Counted from the stretch's first letter, positions 9,429 through 19,951 are shown. The stretch: DNA of 64,000 bases from Candidatus Latescibacterota bacterium (GCA_965208125.1 OZ242320.1:4672001-4736000); one strand, 5' to 3'. The notes: generated from the letters alone by a model not told the origin. Numbers and translations: made by a program.

Positions 9429-11015
9429 ATGTGTAGGAATATCTTCGTCTTGCTAACCATTGTGCTTCTGATCCAACCTCTTCGAGCTAATGTCGCGTTA
9501 GAACAAGTCTCCAGTCCAGATTTTGATAATAGCGGTGTGGTTGATTTTCCCGACTTTTTGCTTTTTGTGGCCAGATTTGGGTCGCGCCAGGGCGATGAAA
9601 ATTACGAAGACCGTTTTGACCTGGATGGCAATGGCGAGATCGGGTTTGGCGATTTTTTGCGTTTTGCCGCTACCTTCGGCAAAACAGTCGCATCAAATGG
9701 GACGATCGCGACAGGAAATGATAGGAAAATTCTCGGCTCGTTATTTATCTCGAAGGTATGGGCTGGGCATCCCGTTAGTTTTGACCTGTTGACTTATGAC
9801 GATGTGCAATTTGTCGCATTTTACGATGCCGAGCGCAAAATGATGGTGGGAATGAGAAATTTAGATGCCGGGACGTGGACATTTGAACAGCCCAAAGGTG
9901 TATGGCTGGAAAATCGAGGCCGACTGTCGTCGGAAACTGGATGGGACACCCACAATTATCTGACCATGGCTATTGACACCGACGATCATATCCATCTGAG
10001 TGGTAATATGCATGTGGATCCGCTGATTTACTTTCGCACAATACGACCACTTGATGTGACGAGTTTTGAACGCATTGATTCGATGGTGGGAAAAAATGAG
10101 GATCGCTGCACTTATCCCGTGTTTATGCGCGGTCCGAATAATGAATTGATTTTCCGATATCGAGATGGCAGTAGTGGTAATGCTGTTGAATTTTATAATA
10201 TCTATGATGTTGAGACCAGAATCTGGCGGCGGTTGCACGATATGCCGTTATTGGATGGGTTAGGGCGCATGAATGCGTACGCCCGCAGCCCCCAGAAAGG
10301 TCCCGATGGGATGTTCCACATGATCTGGATGTGGCGCGATACACCCGATGCTGCGACCAATCACGATATCTCATACGCCCGCAGCCGCGACCTGGTCGCC
10401 TGGGAGACGGGGGGCGGCGATGCGCTGGAGTTACCGATTACAATAGAAAGCGGCGCTATTGTCGATCCCGTACCATCGAGGGGAGGAATGATCAATATGA
10501 CGCAGTCATTGGGTTTTGATCATCAGAAACGCCCGGTGATTAGTTATCACAAGCACGATGAGAATGGATACACGCAAGCCTATTGTGCTCGGTTGGAATA
10601 CGGCGAATGGGTCATTTACAAGGTGAGTGATTGGACCTATCGGTGGGAATTTGGAGGGGGCGGATCAATTGTCGCAGAGATTCGATTGGGCAGCATAAAG
10701 GTGGAATCCGATGGGGGCCTGAGTATGAGCTATATACATGCGAGAGAAGGACGGGGGATCTGGAAATTGGATCCCCAAACCATGCACGTGGTCGGGACGT
10801 ATCCGCAGCCCCCGAGTGCGATACCAGGAGAATTGGCGCGGACGACTTCTCAATATCCGGGGATGAGGATCAACACGCGGTGGGCGCGCGGGGCGGGCAC
10901 AAGACCCGGTGAGCGATATCTCTTGCGCTGGGAAACGCTGGGGCGCAATCGGGACCTCCCCCGAGAGAAGATCCCACCGCCGAGTGACTTGAGACTTTAT
11001 ATTCTTCCGGAATGA
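9429..11015 (+). CDS. Secreted BNR-4 repeat (beta-propeller) protein with an N-terminal dockerin/EF-hand-like domain
   Basis: Signal-peptide-like N-terminus; DFDNSGVVDFPDFLLF...DLDGNGEIGFGDFLRF; WDTHN, IHLSGNMH, TYP.F, FRYRDGSSG and YARSRDLVAW are typical of BNR_4 proteins. Confidence 0.75.
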   Translation: MCRNIFVLLTIVLLIQPLRANVALEQVSSPDFDNSGVVDFPDFLLFVARFGSRQGDENYEDRFDLDGNGEIGFGDFLRFAATFGKTVASNGTIATGNDRKILGSLFISKVWAGHPVSFDLLTYDDVQFVAFYDAERKMMVGMRNLDAGTWTFEQPKGVWLENRGRLSSETGWDTHNYLTMAIDTDDHIHLSGNMHVDPLIYFRTIRPLDVTSFERIDSMVGKNEDRCTYPVFMRGPNNELIFRYRDGSSGNAVEFYNIYDVETRIWRRLHDMPLLDGLGRMNAYARSPQKGPDGMFHMIWMWRDTPDAATNHDISYARSRDLVAWETGGGDALELPITIESGAIVDPVPSRGGMINMTQSLGFDHQKRPVISYHKHDENGYTQAYCARLEYGEWVIYKVSDWTYRWEFGGGGSIVAEIRLGSIKVESDGGLSMSYIHAREGRGIWKLDPQTMHVVGTYPQPPSAIPGELARTTSQYPGMRINTRWARGAGTRPGERYLLRWETLGRNRDLPREKIPPPSDLRLYILPE

Positions 11016-11096
11016 AGATGTCTGTGATATTGTGTTGTAAAAGCCTATTGGTTGCGTATATTTTTATGCGTGTACAACCTTAACGGAGAACGCTTT

Positions 11097-11585
11097 ATGA
11101 AAAGGCTCTATATCGTGCGTCATGCCAAGTCGGATTGGAGTTATGTCGGGTTGGCTGATTTTGATCGGCCCCTGAACAAGCGCGGAAAAAGGGATGCGCC
11201 GCGCATGGGAAAATATCTGAAGCGGGCGTGGAAGGTCAAGCCAGATTACGTGTTGTGCAGCACGGCCAAGCGCGTGCGATCTACTGTCAAGCGATTGCGC
11301 AAATCTCTCAAGTTTTCCAAAAAACGGATTGCATGGCACGAACGCATTTATTCGGGACATAGTGGGGATGTGCTGGATTTGATTCGAGAAGTCGATAATC
11401 GCTACCGGGAAGTTATGGTGATCGGACACAACCCGGATATGACTGTATTGGTCAACCAACTAACGGGATCTACTATTGCCAATGTGCCGACTTGTGGCGT
11501 TGCGGGTATTGATCTGCCGATTGACGATTGGTCAGATGCAGTGTCGGGGGATCTGGTGTTTTTTGAGGTGCCCAAGTCGATTTGA
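11097..11585 (+). CDS. sixA: SixA-like histidine phosphatase
   Basis: RHAKSDW, DFDRPLNKRG, IGHNP. Confidence 0.88.
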   Translation: MKRLYIVRHAKSDWSYVGLADFDRPLNKRGKRDAPRMGKYLKRAWKVKPDYVLCSTAKRVRSTVKRLRKSLKFSKKRIAWHERIYSGHSGDVLDLIREVDNRYREVMVIGHNPDMTVLVNQLTGSTIANVPTCGVAGIDLPIDDWSDAVSGDLVFFEVPKSI

Positions 11586-11718
11586 CGTGCCCGTAACTTA
11601 TCCGAAACCCGTTTGTCACAGAATGCGGATAACTTATTCATCAGTCAGCTTCCGCGTGGGGGTCGGTTCTTTTCTTGAGGATCGGCCCTCGAATTTTTGA
11701 TGATTAGCTAAAAACCTT

Positions 11719-11812
11719 CTGGATCGCGGCTCAACATCATGCCGCGATGACGATGAACGGGTCTGGTCCAGTGTAGAACCGTCACGCCTGCATGCTTAAA
11801 GCAGGCGTCCAG
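11719..11812. repeat. Inverted pair of REP-like palindromic elements (CGTCA-stem-loop-CCAG)
   Basis: 11719-11752 (minus) CGTCATCGCGGCATGATGTTGAGCCGCGATCCAG and 11780-11812 (plus) CGTCACGCCTGCATGCTTAAAGCAGGCGTCCAG share flanks and hairpin geometry. Confidence 0.7.
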
Positions 11813-11826
11813 TTACTTTTTTCTTT

Positions 11827-12987
11827 TTAATACGTCTCGGATACGTCGAGCACGGTGCTGTTTTCCGCGCTTTTAGTTGTATTGGAATTTTTGATCTTTT
11901 CCCGCAGTTTTTCATAGAAGTGGTCGCTGTCCACTGGGATATCTACCCAGTTGTCTGTCCAGGCAGATAAGAGCATGGCATTGGCGAGTTCGACGCCTTT
12001 GATTCCTTCAACCCCAGGTGCGAGGAGTGGACTACCCGTGCGTATGGCATCAACCCAGTTTTGCGTGATGCCGCGATGGGCTTCGCCGCTGCTGCCTGTG
12101 GGGATGTCGCATTTCCAGGATTCGGGGCTGCCAAAGCCGCCTTTGTATTCTTTACAGAATTTGCTGACGGATTCGCGGGTGCGCCAAAAGGTGATATTTC
12201 CACCTTCCATGACGACTTTGCCGCGATCGCCAGTGATTTCGAGACGGTTGGTGCCGGGGGCTTCGCCTGTTGTGGTGATGAATACACCCGTTGCGCCATT
12301 TTCATATTCCACATAGGCGGTGACTTCGTCATCGACTTCGATATCGTGGTATTTGCCAAATCCGACAAATGCCCTGCATCGGATGGGCATACCGCAAATC
12401 CATTGCCACAGGTCGAGGTTGTGCGGACACTGGTTCATCAGGACGCCGCCGCCTTCGCCTTCCCAGGTCGCGCGCCAACCGCCTGAATCGTAATAACTTT
12501 GCGAGCGGAACCAGGTGGTGATGATGTAGTTCGTGCGCTGAATTTCGCCCAGATCACCCGATGCGACCAGGTCTTTGAGTTTTTGGTGCGCGCCTATGGT
12601 GCGCTGGTTGAACATGAGGCCAAAAACGCGGTCGCTTTTTTCAGCTACGGCATTCATTTCTTGGACCTGTTTGGTATAAACACCTGCGGGCTTTTCGATG
12701 AGTACATGCAATCCGCTGTTCATGGCTTGAATTGCCAGTGGCGGATGCAGGTAGTGCGGTGTGGCGACGATGGCGGCATCGACGGTTCCAGAGGCCATCA
12801 TATCATCGGCACTGTCGAATGTGCGGACGTTTTCGCCCAGATTTTCGCGCGCCCACTTGATGCGGTCGGAATCTATGTCGCAGATGGCGGTTAGTTCGGC
12901 ATTGGATACCTGGCCCGGGTGCAAGTAGAGACAATGTCCACTGCCCATGTTGCCGATGCCGATAACACCGATGCGTACTTTGTCCAT
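11827..12987 (-). CDS. Gfo/Idh/MocA family oxidoreductase
   Basis: GVIGIGNMG, ATPHYLH, LIEKP, GGGVLMNQCPHNLD. Confidence 0.93.
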   Translation of the reverse strand: MDKVRIGVIGIGNMGSGHCLYLHPGQVSNAELTAICDIDSDRIKWARENLGENVRTFDSADDMMASGTVDAAIVATPHYLHPPLAIQAMNSGLHVLIEKPAGVYTKQVQEMNAVAEKSDRVFGLMFNQRTIGAHQKLKDLVASGDLGEIQRTNYIITTWFRSQSYYDSGGWRATWEGEGGGVLMNQCPHNLDLWQWICGMPIRCRAFVGFGKYHDIEVDDEVTAYVEYENGATGVFITTTGEAPGTNRLEITGDRGKVVMEGGNITFWRTRESVSKFCKEYKGGFGSPESWKCDIPTGSSGEAHRGITQNWVDAIRTGSPLLAPGVEGIKGVELANAMLLSAWTDNWVDIPVDSDHFYEKLREKIKNSNTTKSAENSTVLDVSETY

Positions 12988-13025
12988 AAAATTCTCCTGT
13001 GTTAGTGTTAGGGGTAGGAATATCC

Positions 13026-14165
13026 TTATATCCCGATCCTGTTTTTTTCGATATAATCCCAGTTGATGTTCATGCCCAATCCCGGACGCTGAGGAACGTG
13101 AACGAATCCCTGGTCATCCATAGGTTCGCCGTGTTCGTGCAGCCAGGGCGCGTGTTCGTCGAAGTCGATGAAGGGGTGGAGGAGACCGCGTTCGTAAAAT
13201 TCGCCATTGGTCATGGCGCACAGGGCGTGCAGGTTGCCGGGACCGCCTCCGTGGATTTCGCAGCGCATGCCAAAGGATTCGCACAGGTGAACGGTTTTCA
13301 TCAAGGGAGTCAGACCGCCCACATCGCCGACGCCGCAGCGAGAAATGTCGCAGGCACCGGCTTTGATCCATTCGGCGCGCACATACATTTTGCCTTCACA
13401 GGTCTCGGGACCACATATTGGTAAGGACGTTTGTTCACAGAGCCAGACATAGGACGACATGCTGTGCTCGTCCATGGGTTCTTCCATCCAGTAATAGTCG
13501 AGTTTTTCAAGTCCTTTTGCCAGGGCGAGCGCGGCTTCGCGATCGTAATAGTGATAGGGATCGAGCATGAGGGGTACGTCGGGACCGACTGCTTCGCGCA
13601 CGGCAGCGCAGGCTTCGAGGTCGCGTTTGACACTGGGGGCACCCTCGTAAGGTGGCTGCCAGGTGTGGAGCTTGAAAGCGGGGTAGCCGCGTTTCATGCA
13701 CCATTCGGCAAAGCGGGCATAGTCTTCGGGCGTGGCGAGACCACCTTCGAGGTCATCGCCGCACATGGTAGAGGCATAAGCGGGTACTTTGTCGCGGTAC
13801 CCGCCGAGCAATTTGTAAACGGGTTGATTGAGGGCGCGCCCGGCCAGGTCCCAGAGGGCAAGATCAATGGACATGATGACTTTGTCGGTTATCGTGTCTG
13901 AGTTGATGCGCTGGCGGTGGTTGAGGTCGCGCCAGATTTGTTCGCGCATAAAGGGGTCTTTGCCAATGAGTTCTGGCTTGACCATGCTGTTGATTACCCG
14001 TGCATTTGCACCGAACCAGTATCCGGATATGTTTTCGTCGGTTGAAATTACGAGCAGGGTTTGAACAGCTTCGCGTTCGGGACCTGGATGTCCGTGTCCA
14101 TCGCTGTCCTGTTCTGTGTTGGCGATATATTTGAATTGAATGGTTTCGACATCGGTGATTTTCAA
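13026..14165 (-). CDS. Mandelate racemase/muconate lactonising enzyme family (enolase superfamily)
   Basis: DLALWDLAGR, KLH, LMLD, WMEEP, GPE, EIH; TTG start with AAAGGAG RBS. Confidence 0.9.
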   Translation of the reverse strand: MKITDVETIQFKYIANTEQDSDGHGHPGPEREAVQTLLVISTDENISGYWFGANARVINSMVKPELIGKDPFMREQIWRDLNHRQRINSDTITDKVIMSIDLALWDLAGRALNQPVYKLLGGYRDKVPAYASTMCGDDLEGGLATPEDYARFAEWCMKRGYPAFKLHTWQPPYEGAPSVKRDLEACAAVREAVGPDVPLMLDPYHYYDREAALALAKGLEKLDYYWMEEPMDEHSMSSYVWLCEQTSLPICGPETCEGKMYVRAEWIKAGACDISRCGVGDVGGLTPLMKTVHLCESFGMRCEIHGGGPGNLHALCAMTNGEFYERGLLHPFIDFDEHAPWLHEHGEPMDDQGFVHVPQRPGLGMNINWDYIEKNRIGI

Positions 14166-14177
14166 GGGAAACTCCTT

Positions 14178-15629
14178 TCAATACAGCGGTCTATAACGCA
14201 GATCACCGCCTTCTTCGCGTTGTTTTTTGTAATCGGCTTCGAGTGCCTCTCGCACCCAGTATTGCGGGGCAGAGACGTAGTTCGATTGGTGTTTCTGATT
14301 GTCAATCCAGTGTTCGAGCAAGCGGGATTTGAGGTCGTGTTCAACCTGGGCGAGGTGTGCGTCGCCCGCGCGGTTGACGAGTTCGTCTGGGTCGTTTTCG
14401 AGGTCGTAGAGTTCGGCAGATCCATCGGCGTAGTGCGCGTATTTGTAGCGTTTGGTTCGCACCATAGCGCGACCGCCGATTTCGCAAAATGCAGCCTGTC
14501 GAATGGTCGAGGTGGGGTCTTTGAATAGCGGGCGAATGTCTTCTCCTTGAAGTGTGCTGGGTGCTTCGACATCGCAGGCATGATAAAAAAGCGGTACGAG
14601 ATCAATGATGCTGACAAGGCCCGGTGCGCACTGATAGGCGGGGACATCGGGACCGCGAATGATGAGGGGCACGCGAGACATGCAGTCGTAAAAGAAGCCT
14701 TTGAAGGGCAGGCCGTGATCGCCCAGTGCGTCGCCGTGATCGCTGGTGAAGATAATGAGGGTGTCGTCGAGTACGCCATGGGCTTCGAGTGCGGCGATGA
14801 TTTTGCCAATGCCTTCGTCAATCAGGCTGATATTCGAGTAGTAATGCTTGCGCCATTTGTAGTAGTGCTCTGGCGTGGCCTGTGAATAGTCCAGGCGGAA
14901 CATGGAGTTGGACAGGCTGCCTCGACCGCGGTCTCTTTGGGCAGGTGGTTTGTCGGCGAGTTCTTCCGGGGAACCTACGGGTTCGGGGATGGGCGCGTCG
15001 GCATACATACGGGCCATGTCTTCGGGGGGATCGTAGGGGTCGTGCGGTCCGGGAAAGCTGACCCATGCGGCAAAGGGGGCATTTCCGTTTTGTTGGAGCC
15101 ATTCGGCAGCCTGGTCGCCGACAAAGCCATCGACGTGGAATTTGCGCTCGCGCGGTGTGATGGATGCGCCCAGATTTTCGTAATATCCCGGCAATGTGGT
15201 GGGGTGCGGTCGGTCGAGGCCGTGTGCAGCGAGAAATTGTACGTGGTGGTCGGGCAGGAAAATGTGCCGTTTGTCTTCGGCCATGATGCGTTCGTCAAAG
15301 CCCTGGTGTGAATCCCATGGATGAAAGTGCATTTTGCCGATGGCTGCGGTGCGACGTCCGGTCTGCGAGATGATGCGCGGCCATGTCGGCACGTGATCGG
15401 GTAGCCAGTTGCCATTGCCGAGCACGCCGGTTACGCTGGGGTACTGCCCGCTCATAATAGATGCGCGGCAAGGCACGCATACGGGGGATGGGACAATGCA
15501 ATGGTCAAATACCATGCCTTCAAGTGCAAGGCGGTCGAGGTTGGGGGTTTGCATAAAGTCGAGGCCGTAACAGGGGAGGCTGTCCCAGCGCTGTTGATCG
15601 GTGGTGATTAATAGGAGGTTGCGAGCCAT
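14178..15629 (-). CDS. Sulfatase (Cys-type)
   Basis: TTDQQR, CVPCRASIMSG, GKMH, PHDPY, TSDHG. Confidence 0.93.
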   Translation of the reverse strand: MARNLLLITTDQQRWDSLPCYGLDFMQTPNLDRLALEGMVFDHCIVPSPVCVPCRASIMSGQYPSVTGVLGNGNWLPDHVPTWPRIISQTGRRTAAIGKMHFHPWDSHQGFDERIMAEDKRHIFLPDHHVQFLAAHGLDRPHPTTLPGYYENLGASITPRERKFHVDGFVGDQAAEWLQQNGNAPFAAWVSFPGPHDPYDPPEDMARMYADAPIPEPVGSPEELADKPPAQRDRGRGSLSNSMFRLDYSQATPEHYYKWRKHYYSNISLIDEGIGKIIAALEAHGVLDDTLIIFTSDHGDALGDHGLPFKGFFYDCMSRVPLIIRGPDVPAYQCAPGLVSIIDLVPLFYHACDVEAPSTLQGEDIRPLFKDPTSTIRQAAFCEIGGRAMVRTKRYKYAHYADGSAELYDLENDPDELVNRAGDAHLAQVEHDLKSRLLEHWIDNQKHQSNYVSAPQYWVREALEADYKKQREEGGDLRYRPLY

Positions 15630-15882
15630 AAGGTGCTCCGGAATAAGGGTGAGTTCGGGCGAATCAAAAGGACGGGACAAGATAGGATGGGGACACAGGT
15701 ATGGCAAAGTATTTCTGTTGGTCAAGTTGAGCAAAACAAAATGGCCTACTCTGTATCATTTAGGGCAGGCTATTGTTTTTTATGCATTGTGCTATTGCGT
15801 ATCTTGTGGTCTAACACTATCTTTTGGGGCGATTTGTTTGTCTTATTGCATCGTGCATGGAGTTCTGGTCGGAAGGATTGCT

Positions 15883-17688
15883 ATGGATGTGTTGCTGGAT
15901 GATGTCAAATTGCCGTCGCATTTAGATCGTCTGACAGATACGGCTCTGGATCTCAAGCGCGTACAGGACATGGTGCGCGTTGGTCCCGATGTGTTATTTG
16001 TGATATTGAGCGGCTCTTTGTTTAAGTTGACCGCAGAGAGGGCTGTGCTCGAACCCGTGTTTGATTCTGTGACGCGCTTATGGTCAGCCGATGAAAATTG
16101 TGCGCTGGTCGAATCTGAAGGCGCGCTATGGCGGGTTGATCTGGATGGTACAAAGGGGCGTTTGCTCACCATTCCCAGAGGGACGATCTCCTATGATGTC
16201 AAATGGGGAATACGGGGGTTGGTTGTGGGTGCTCTTGTGGATCGCCGCGAGCCTGTGGATCCCAAAGCACCTTATTTTTATCCTGCGTCGAGAGAAAAGG
16301 TCACGCTGTGTCGATATGCTTCAATCGAAGGTTGGCACGACCTTGCCGATGTGCCAGAAGGATGCGGGAACTTGAGTATGTGTCGGTATGGACGCCGAAT
16401 CGCCTGGCGAGAATCTCTCAATGTTATTCCAGAAGAAGCGCAGCGGGGAGAGTTTTACGGCTTTGATTTGAATACAAATGAGGTGCGAAAGTTGACCGAG
16501 GGTGCAGGCAAAGTCGGTCGCGTGGTGATGGCTTCGGATGGCTCTGCGCTTCTTTACGAAGCCAATCACGAGGCGGAGTATCCCATTACGACACATACAG
16601 ATTTGTGGTGGTTGTCCTGGGATGGCAGCGAACGGGTGAATCTCACAGAGGGCGGGCGCTGTATTGCGCGCTTTGGCTGGGGACCTCGAGAAAAAACCGC
16701 CTGGGTGTCGTTTGTAGAGGGTCTGGAAACGCAGACGGAAGTGCTGGCTCTGGATGGGACGCCAGAAGGGACATTTGGCGATCTGGACGCGGTATCAGAT
16801 ATAGTGTGGATGCCCGATGGGCTGGCTATTTTTGAAACTGAAGACGCGGAGCGATTTCCCGCAATTTGGACGGGAACGCGTTGGGTGCCCTTGCCTCAGC
16901 CGGAGAATTACGAGGATTTGCGCGTTTTAGAAATGGAATGGGAATCCCCCGATGGCATGGAGATAGAAGGGGTGCTCTACGAAGCGGATGGCCTTAGAGG
17001 CTCTGCCCCGCTGCTGGTGTCGGCACACGGGGGACCTGCTGCGCCAGTGGAGAATGTGCGCAGTGAGGTAGTTCGATATCGCCATTTGCTGCGAGCGGGC
17101 TACCGGGTTTTTCGTCCGGCATTTCGGGGTTCTCTGGGGTTTGGAGACGATTTCGCGCGGAGCAATATCGGATGCCAGGGGCGGGCCGATCTCGAGGATA
17201 TTATTTCAGGTGTCGATTTTTTGATGGAAGAGGGTCTTGCATTAAAAAATCGGGTAGGTATTTTTGGTGCGTCTTACGGGGGATATATGACACTGCGGGC
17301 ACTATCTGTGACGGATCGATTTCAGGCGGGTGTCGCGCTTTTCGGTTTTATCGACAATCGGCGGATGACTCTGGAGACGGGTGATTTTACGTATGAGACA
17401 GAGTATTTGGAACCGCTATCCTGGCCGATTACAGAGCGTACGCGCGGGGGCGATGTGTTTCCCAATTTGGGCGCAATTCGCACGCCGCTTCTGTTGCTGC
17501 ACGGCGATCAGGACCCGATTTGTCCGCTGTCAGAGTCCAAAGTCACCTGCCGCGCACTGGAATCACTGGGGGTGCCGGTGGGGTTGGTGGTGTATCCGGG
17601 CGAGGGCCATGGGTTTCGGAAAGAGAAAAACCGCCGCGATAGTGCGCGGCGGACGCTGGCCTGGTTTTTGAACTATTTGCCGCCGTGA
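15883..17688 (+). CDS. S9 family (prolyl oligopeptidase/acylaminoacyl) peptidase
   Basis: HGGP, GASYGG nucleophile elbow, HGDQD, YPGEGHG; propeller-like N-terminus. Confidence 0.9.
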   Translation: MDVLLDDVKLPSHLDRLTDTALDLKRVQDMVRVGPDVLFVILSGSLFKLTAERAVLEPVFDSVTRLWSADENCALVESEGALWRVDLDGTKGRLLTIPRGTISYDVKWGIRGLVVGALVDRREPVDPKAPYFYPASREKVTLCRYASIEGWHDLADVPEGCGNLSMCRYGRRIAWRESLNVIPEEAQRGEFYGFDLNTNEVRKLTEGAGKVGRVVMASDGSALLYEANHEAEYPITTHTDLWWLSWDGSERVNLTEGGRCIARFGWGPREKTAWVSFVEGLETQTEVLALDGTPEGTFGDLDAVSDIVWMPDGLAIFETEDAERFPAIWTGTRWVPLPQPENYEDLRVLEMEWESPDGMEIEGVLYEADGLRGSAPLLVSAHGGPAAPVENVRSEVVRYRHLLRAGYRVFRPAFRGSLGFGDDFARSNIGCQGRADLEDIISGVDFLMEEGLALKNRVGIFGASYGGYMTLRALSVTDRFQAGVALFGFIDNRRMTLETGDFTYETEYLEPLSWPITERTRGGDVFPNLGAIRTPLLLLHGDQDPICPLSESKVTCRALESLGVPVGLVVYPGEGHGFRKEKNRRDSARRTLAWFLNYLPP

Positions 17689-18878
17689 GGGTAATAGTCG
17701 TAGTTCGCCATGTCATAAGGCTGGGTTGAGATTGCCCAGTTGACGCCGAGTTCCGAGAAGATTTTGCCCGTGCGAAAACTGTGGTCTAACAGGTCGTCGA
17801 GCCCCCTGATGATGTGGAAAGTGGCGCCATCGCGTTTGACGACTTCGATTTCACTGTGATCGACCGTGGCGATATTGGGACAGCTTTCGTGGGCGCCATT
17901 GACGCACAGGGTTTGCGCGCGCGCGACTTCTGGCGGGCACAGGGGCGTGGCGTTGTTTTGCAATACGTCGATGGCGTTGTGAAACGGACTGTGATGGTCG
18001 CGCAAGTTGTGCTCTTCAAAGGATTCTGTGCTGCCGTCGTTGTAGCGAATGATTGAACTCGGACGACTCCATTCTACCATTCCATGTTCGCACTGGAGTC
18101 GCATGAGGGGACCAAAATTTTCGCGTGTGGAATGGGAGAGACCGATGAGGACATCAACGCCATTTGCGACCATGCGGAGTACGGCTGTGTCGAGTGTCTG
18201 GATATCGCGGGCGCGGTAGAGTTCTGCCTGCACGGTCTCGGGCATGGCCGATTCGTGTTGGGTTGCGCCGCACAGGTACATCGCATTGTTGAGGTCGTGT
18301 GCCATGGCGTTGTTGATCGGGCTGTCGAGAACCCATGTGTCGTCGAGTGTGAGCCGCCCGGCCCAGGTATTGCGGCTGTAATACAGGTTGTTGCGCGGCC
18401 AGCCGCCTTTGATGCGAATCGCGTGCAACTTGCCCAGCCGACCATCCGATAAGCGGGTTTTGATGGTCTGGATGCTGGGGGCATAGATCGATTGATATCC
18501 GATGAGCGCGATTTTGCCTGTTTTATTTTTTATATTGATTAGATGGTTGGCGTCCTGTACCGTGGCTGATAGTGGTTTTTCACAGATGACATTGAATCCC
18601 GCTTCGAGCGCTGCGACGGAATAGGGGACGTGATAGTGAATGCCAATAGGCAGGGTGACATAGTCTATGCCTCCTGCGCTGAGGAGGTCGTCAAATGTGT
18701 CGTAAACGCGAACCTTGCGGGTTTTAAATTCGGCGAGTTTTTCGGGATGATTTTCCGGGTCAATGACAACGGCGGCATCGAGGCGCGCGCATCCTTTTCG
18801 TTCGAGTGCTTCAACAGAGCGTACGTGTGTTTGTCCAAAACCGCCAATGCCAACAATGCCAAATTTTACAGGGTTCAT
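17673..18878 (-). CDS. Gfo/Idh/MocA family oxidoreductase
   Basis: GIVGIGGFG, ICEKP, DSPINNAMAHDL. Confidence 0.9.
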   Translation of the reverse strand: MNPVKFGIVGIGGFGQTHVRSVEALERKGCARLDAAVVIDPENHPEKLAEFKTRKVRVYDTFDDLLSAGGIDYVTLPIGIHYHVPYSVAALEAGFNVICEKPLSATVQDANHLINIKNKTGKIALIGYQSIYAPSIQTIKTRLSDGRLGKLHAIRIKGGWPRNNLYYSRNTWAGRLTLDDTWVLDSPINNAMAHDLNNAMYLCGATQHESAMPETVQAELYRARDIQTLDTAVLRMVANGVDVLIGLSHSTRENFGPLMRLQCEHGMVEWSRPSSIIRYNDGSTESFEEHNLRDHHSPFHNAIDVLQNNATPLCPPEVARAQTLCVNGAHESCPNIATVDHSEIEVVKRDGATFHIIRGLDDLLDHSFRTGKIFSELGVNWAISTQPYDMANYDYYPHGGK

Positions 18879-18964
18879 AAATTGCTCCTTTGTGAGAGAA
18901 TAATAAAGAAAACAAAAGCTATTGCACGAGCAACTGAAATTAGTGGCACAAATCTCAGGGGGAC

Positions 18965-19951
18965 ATGATGAAGGACGTTTTATCTGTTGGACTGATTGGC
19001 GCAGGTTCGAATGCGGGGGGACATGCGCGCGGTATTGCAGCCAATGAGAATATCCGACTGGCGGCGGTTATGGATATTGACCTCAGTCGGGCAGAGGCTC
19101 TTGCCACTGAGCACAATGCCCGCGCTTATGGGATGTTGGATGATTTATTGAATGATCCCGAAGTTGAGGCCGTGCATGTGTGTTCGATTCACAAAGTACA
19201 CGCCGAGCAGGTGATTGCCGCGGCGCGTGCGGGAAAACATGTGCTGGTTGAAAAGCCAATGGCACTGTCTGTGGCAGAATGCGACCGCATGATTGCTGCG
19301 TGTGAAGATGCCGGTGTGGTGCTGATGGTGGGACAGGTGATGCGACACTTTCCCGTGAATTTGAGGGTGAAGGCGCTGATTCAGGAGGGTGCAATTGGCG
19401 AGGTTGGACACATGATCCGCAGGCGATACGGCAATTTTGATCCTCCTGACCGGTCATGGTATCTCGATTTGGAATTGGGCGGTGTTTGTGTTTTGTATTG
19501 TTTTGGTCCGCACGAGTACGATATTTTACCCTGGTATATCGATTCTCCAGTTGTAAAGGTATATTCGCAAGGCAGTGAAAGTGCAGAGCGGTACGCAGGG
19601 CAAAAGGATTCTTATTCGACGATTATGAATCACAGAGATGGCACGGTGAGTGTGCTGACTCAAACTGTGGTGACGCATACTGGCGCACACGATACGTATA
19701 TTATGGGTAGTGAGGGATCTATCTGGATGACCAATCAGAAATTGATGGTCAATGGCAAAGAAGTGCCCATAGATGTGACATCGCGGGTAGGGATGCCCAG
19801 TCAGATTGCCGAATTTGTAGATTGTTGTCTCAATGGAAAAGTGCCCGATGCCAATGGCAGGTCTGTGCGGCATACGATGGCTGTGATTGAGGCGGTGAAG
19901 CTCAGTGCCGAGTGTGGTGAACCGGTGATGGTAAATGGAGAGGATATATGA
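18965..19951 (+). CDS. Gfo/Idh/MocA family oxidoreductase
   Basis: GLIGAG, AGKHVLVEKPMA, GPHEYD. Confidence 0.92.
   Translation: MMKDVLSVGLIGAGSNAGGHARGIAANENIRLAAVMDIDLSRAEALATEHNARAYGMLDDLLNDPEVEAVHVCSIHKVHAEQVIAAARAGKHVLVEKPMALSVAECDRMIAACEDAGVVLMVGQVMRHFPVNLRVKALIQEGAIGEVGHMIRRRYGNFDPPDRSWYLDLELGGVCVLYCFGPHEYDILPWYIDSPVVKVYSQGSESAERYAGQKDSYSTIMNHRDGTVSVLTQTVVTHTGAHDTYIMGSEGSIWMTNQKLMVNGKEVPIDVTSRVGMPSQIAEFVDCCLNGKVPDANGRSVRHTMAVIEAVKLSAECGEPVMVNGEDI

Noticed and set aside
9275-9430. tRNA-Leu as the integration site of a genomic island (housekeeping genes switch to catabolic genes after it)
   Set aside because: No integrase, no duplicated tRNA 3' end found in the window, and no evident compositional shift
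9271-9456. 61-aa ORF (and antisense ORFs 9065-9460, 9183-9392) over the tRNA
   Set aside because: These are translations of the tRNA and terminator sequence
15601-15882. Overlapping N-terminal extensions of the divergent sulfatase and S9 peptidase ORFs
   Set aside because: Family-like sequence and RBSs begin at 15629 (minus) and 15883 (plus); the interval is a divergent promoter region
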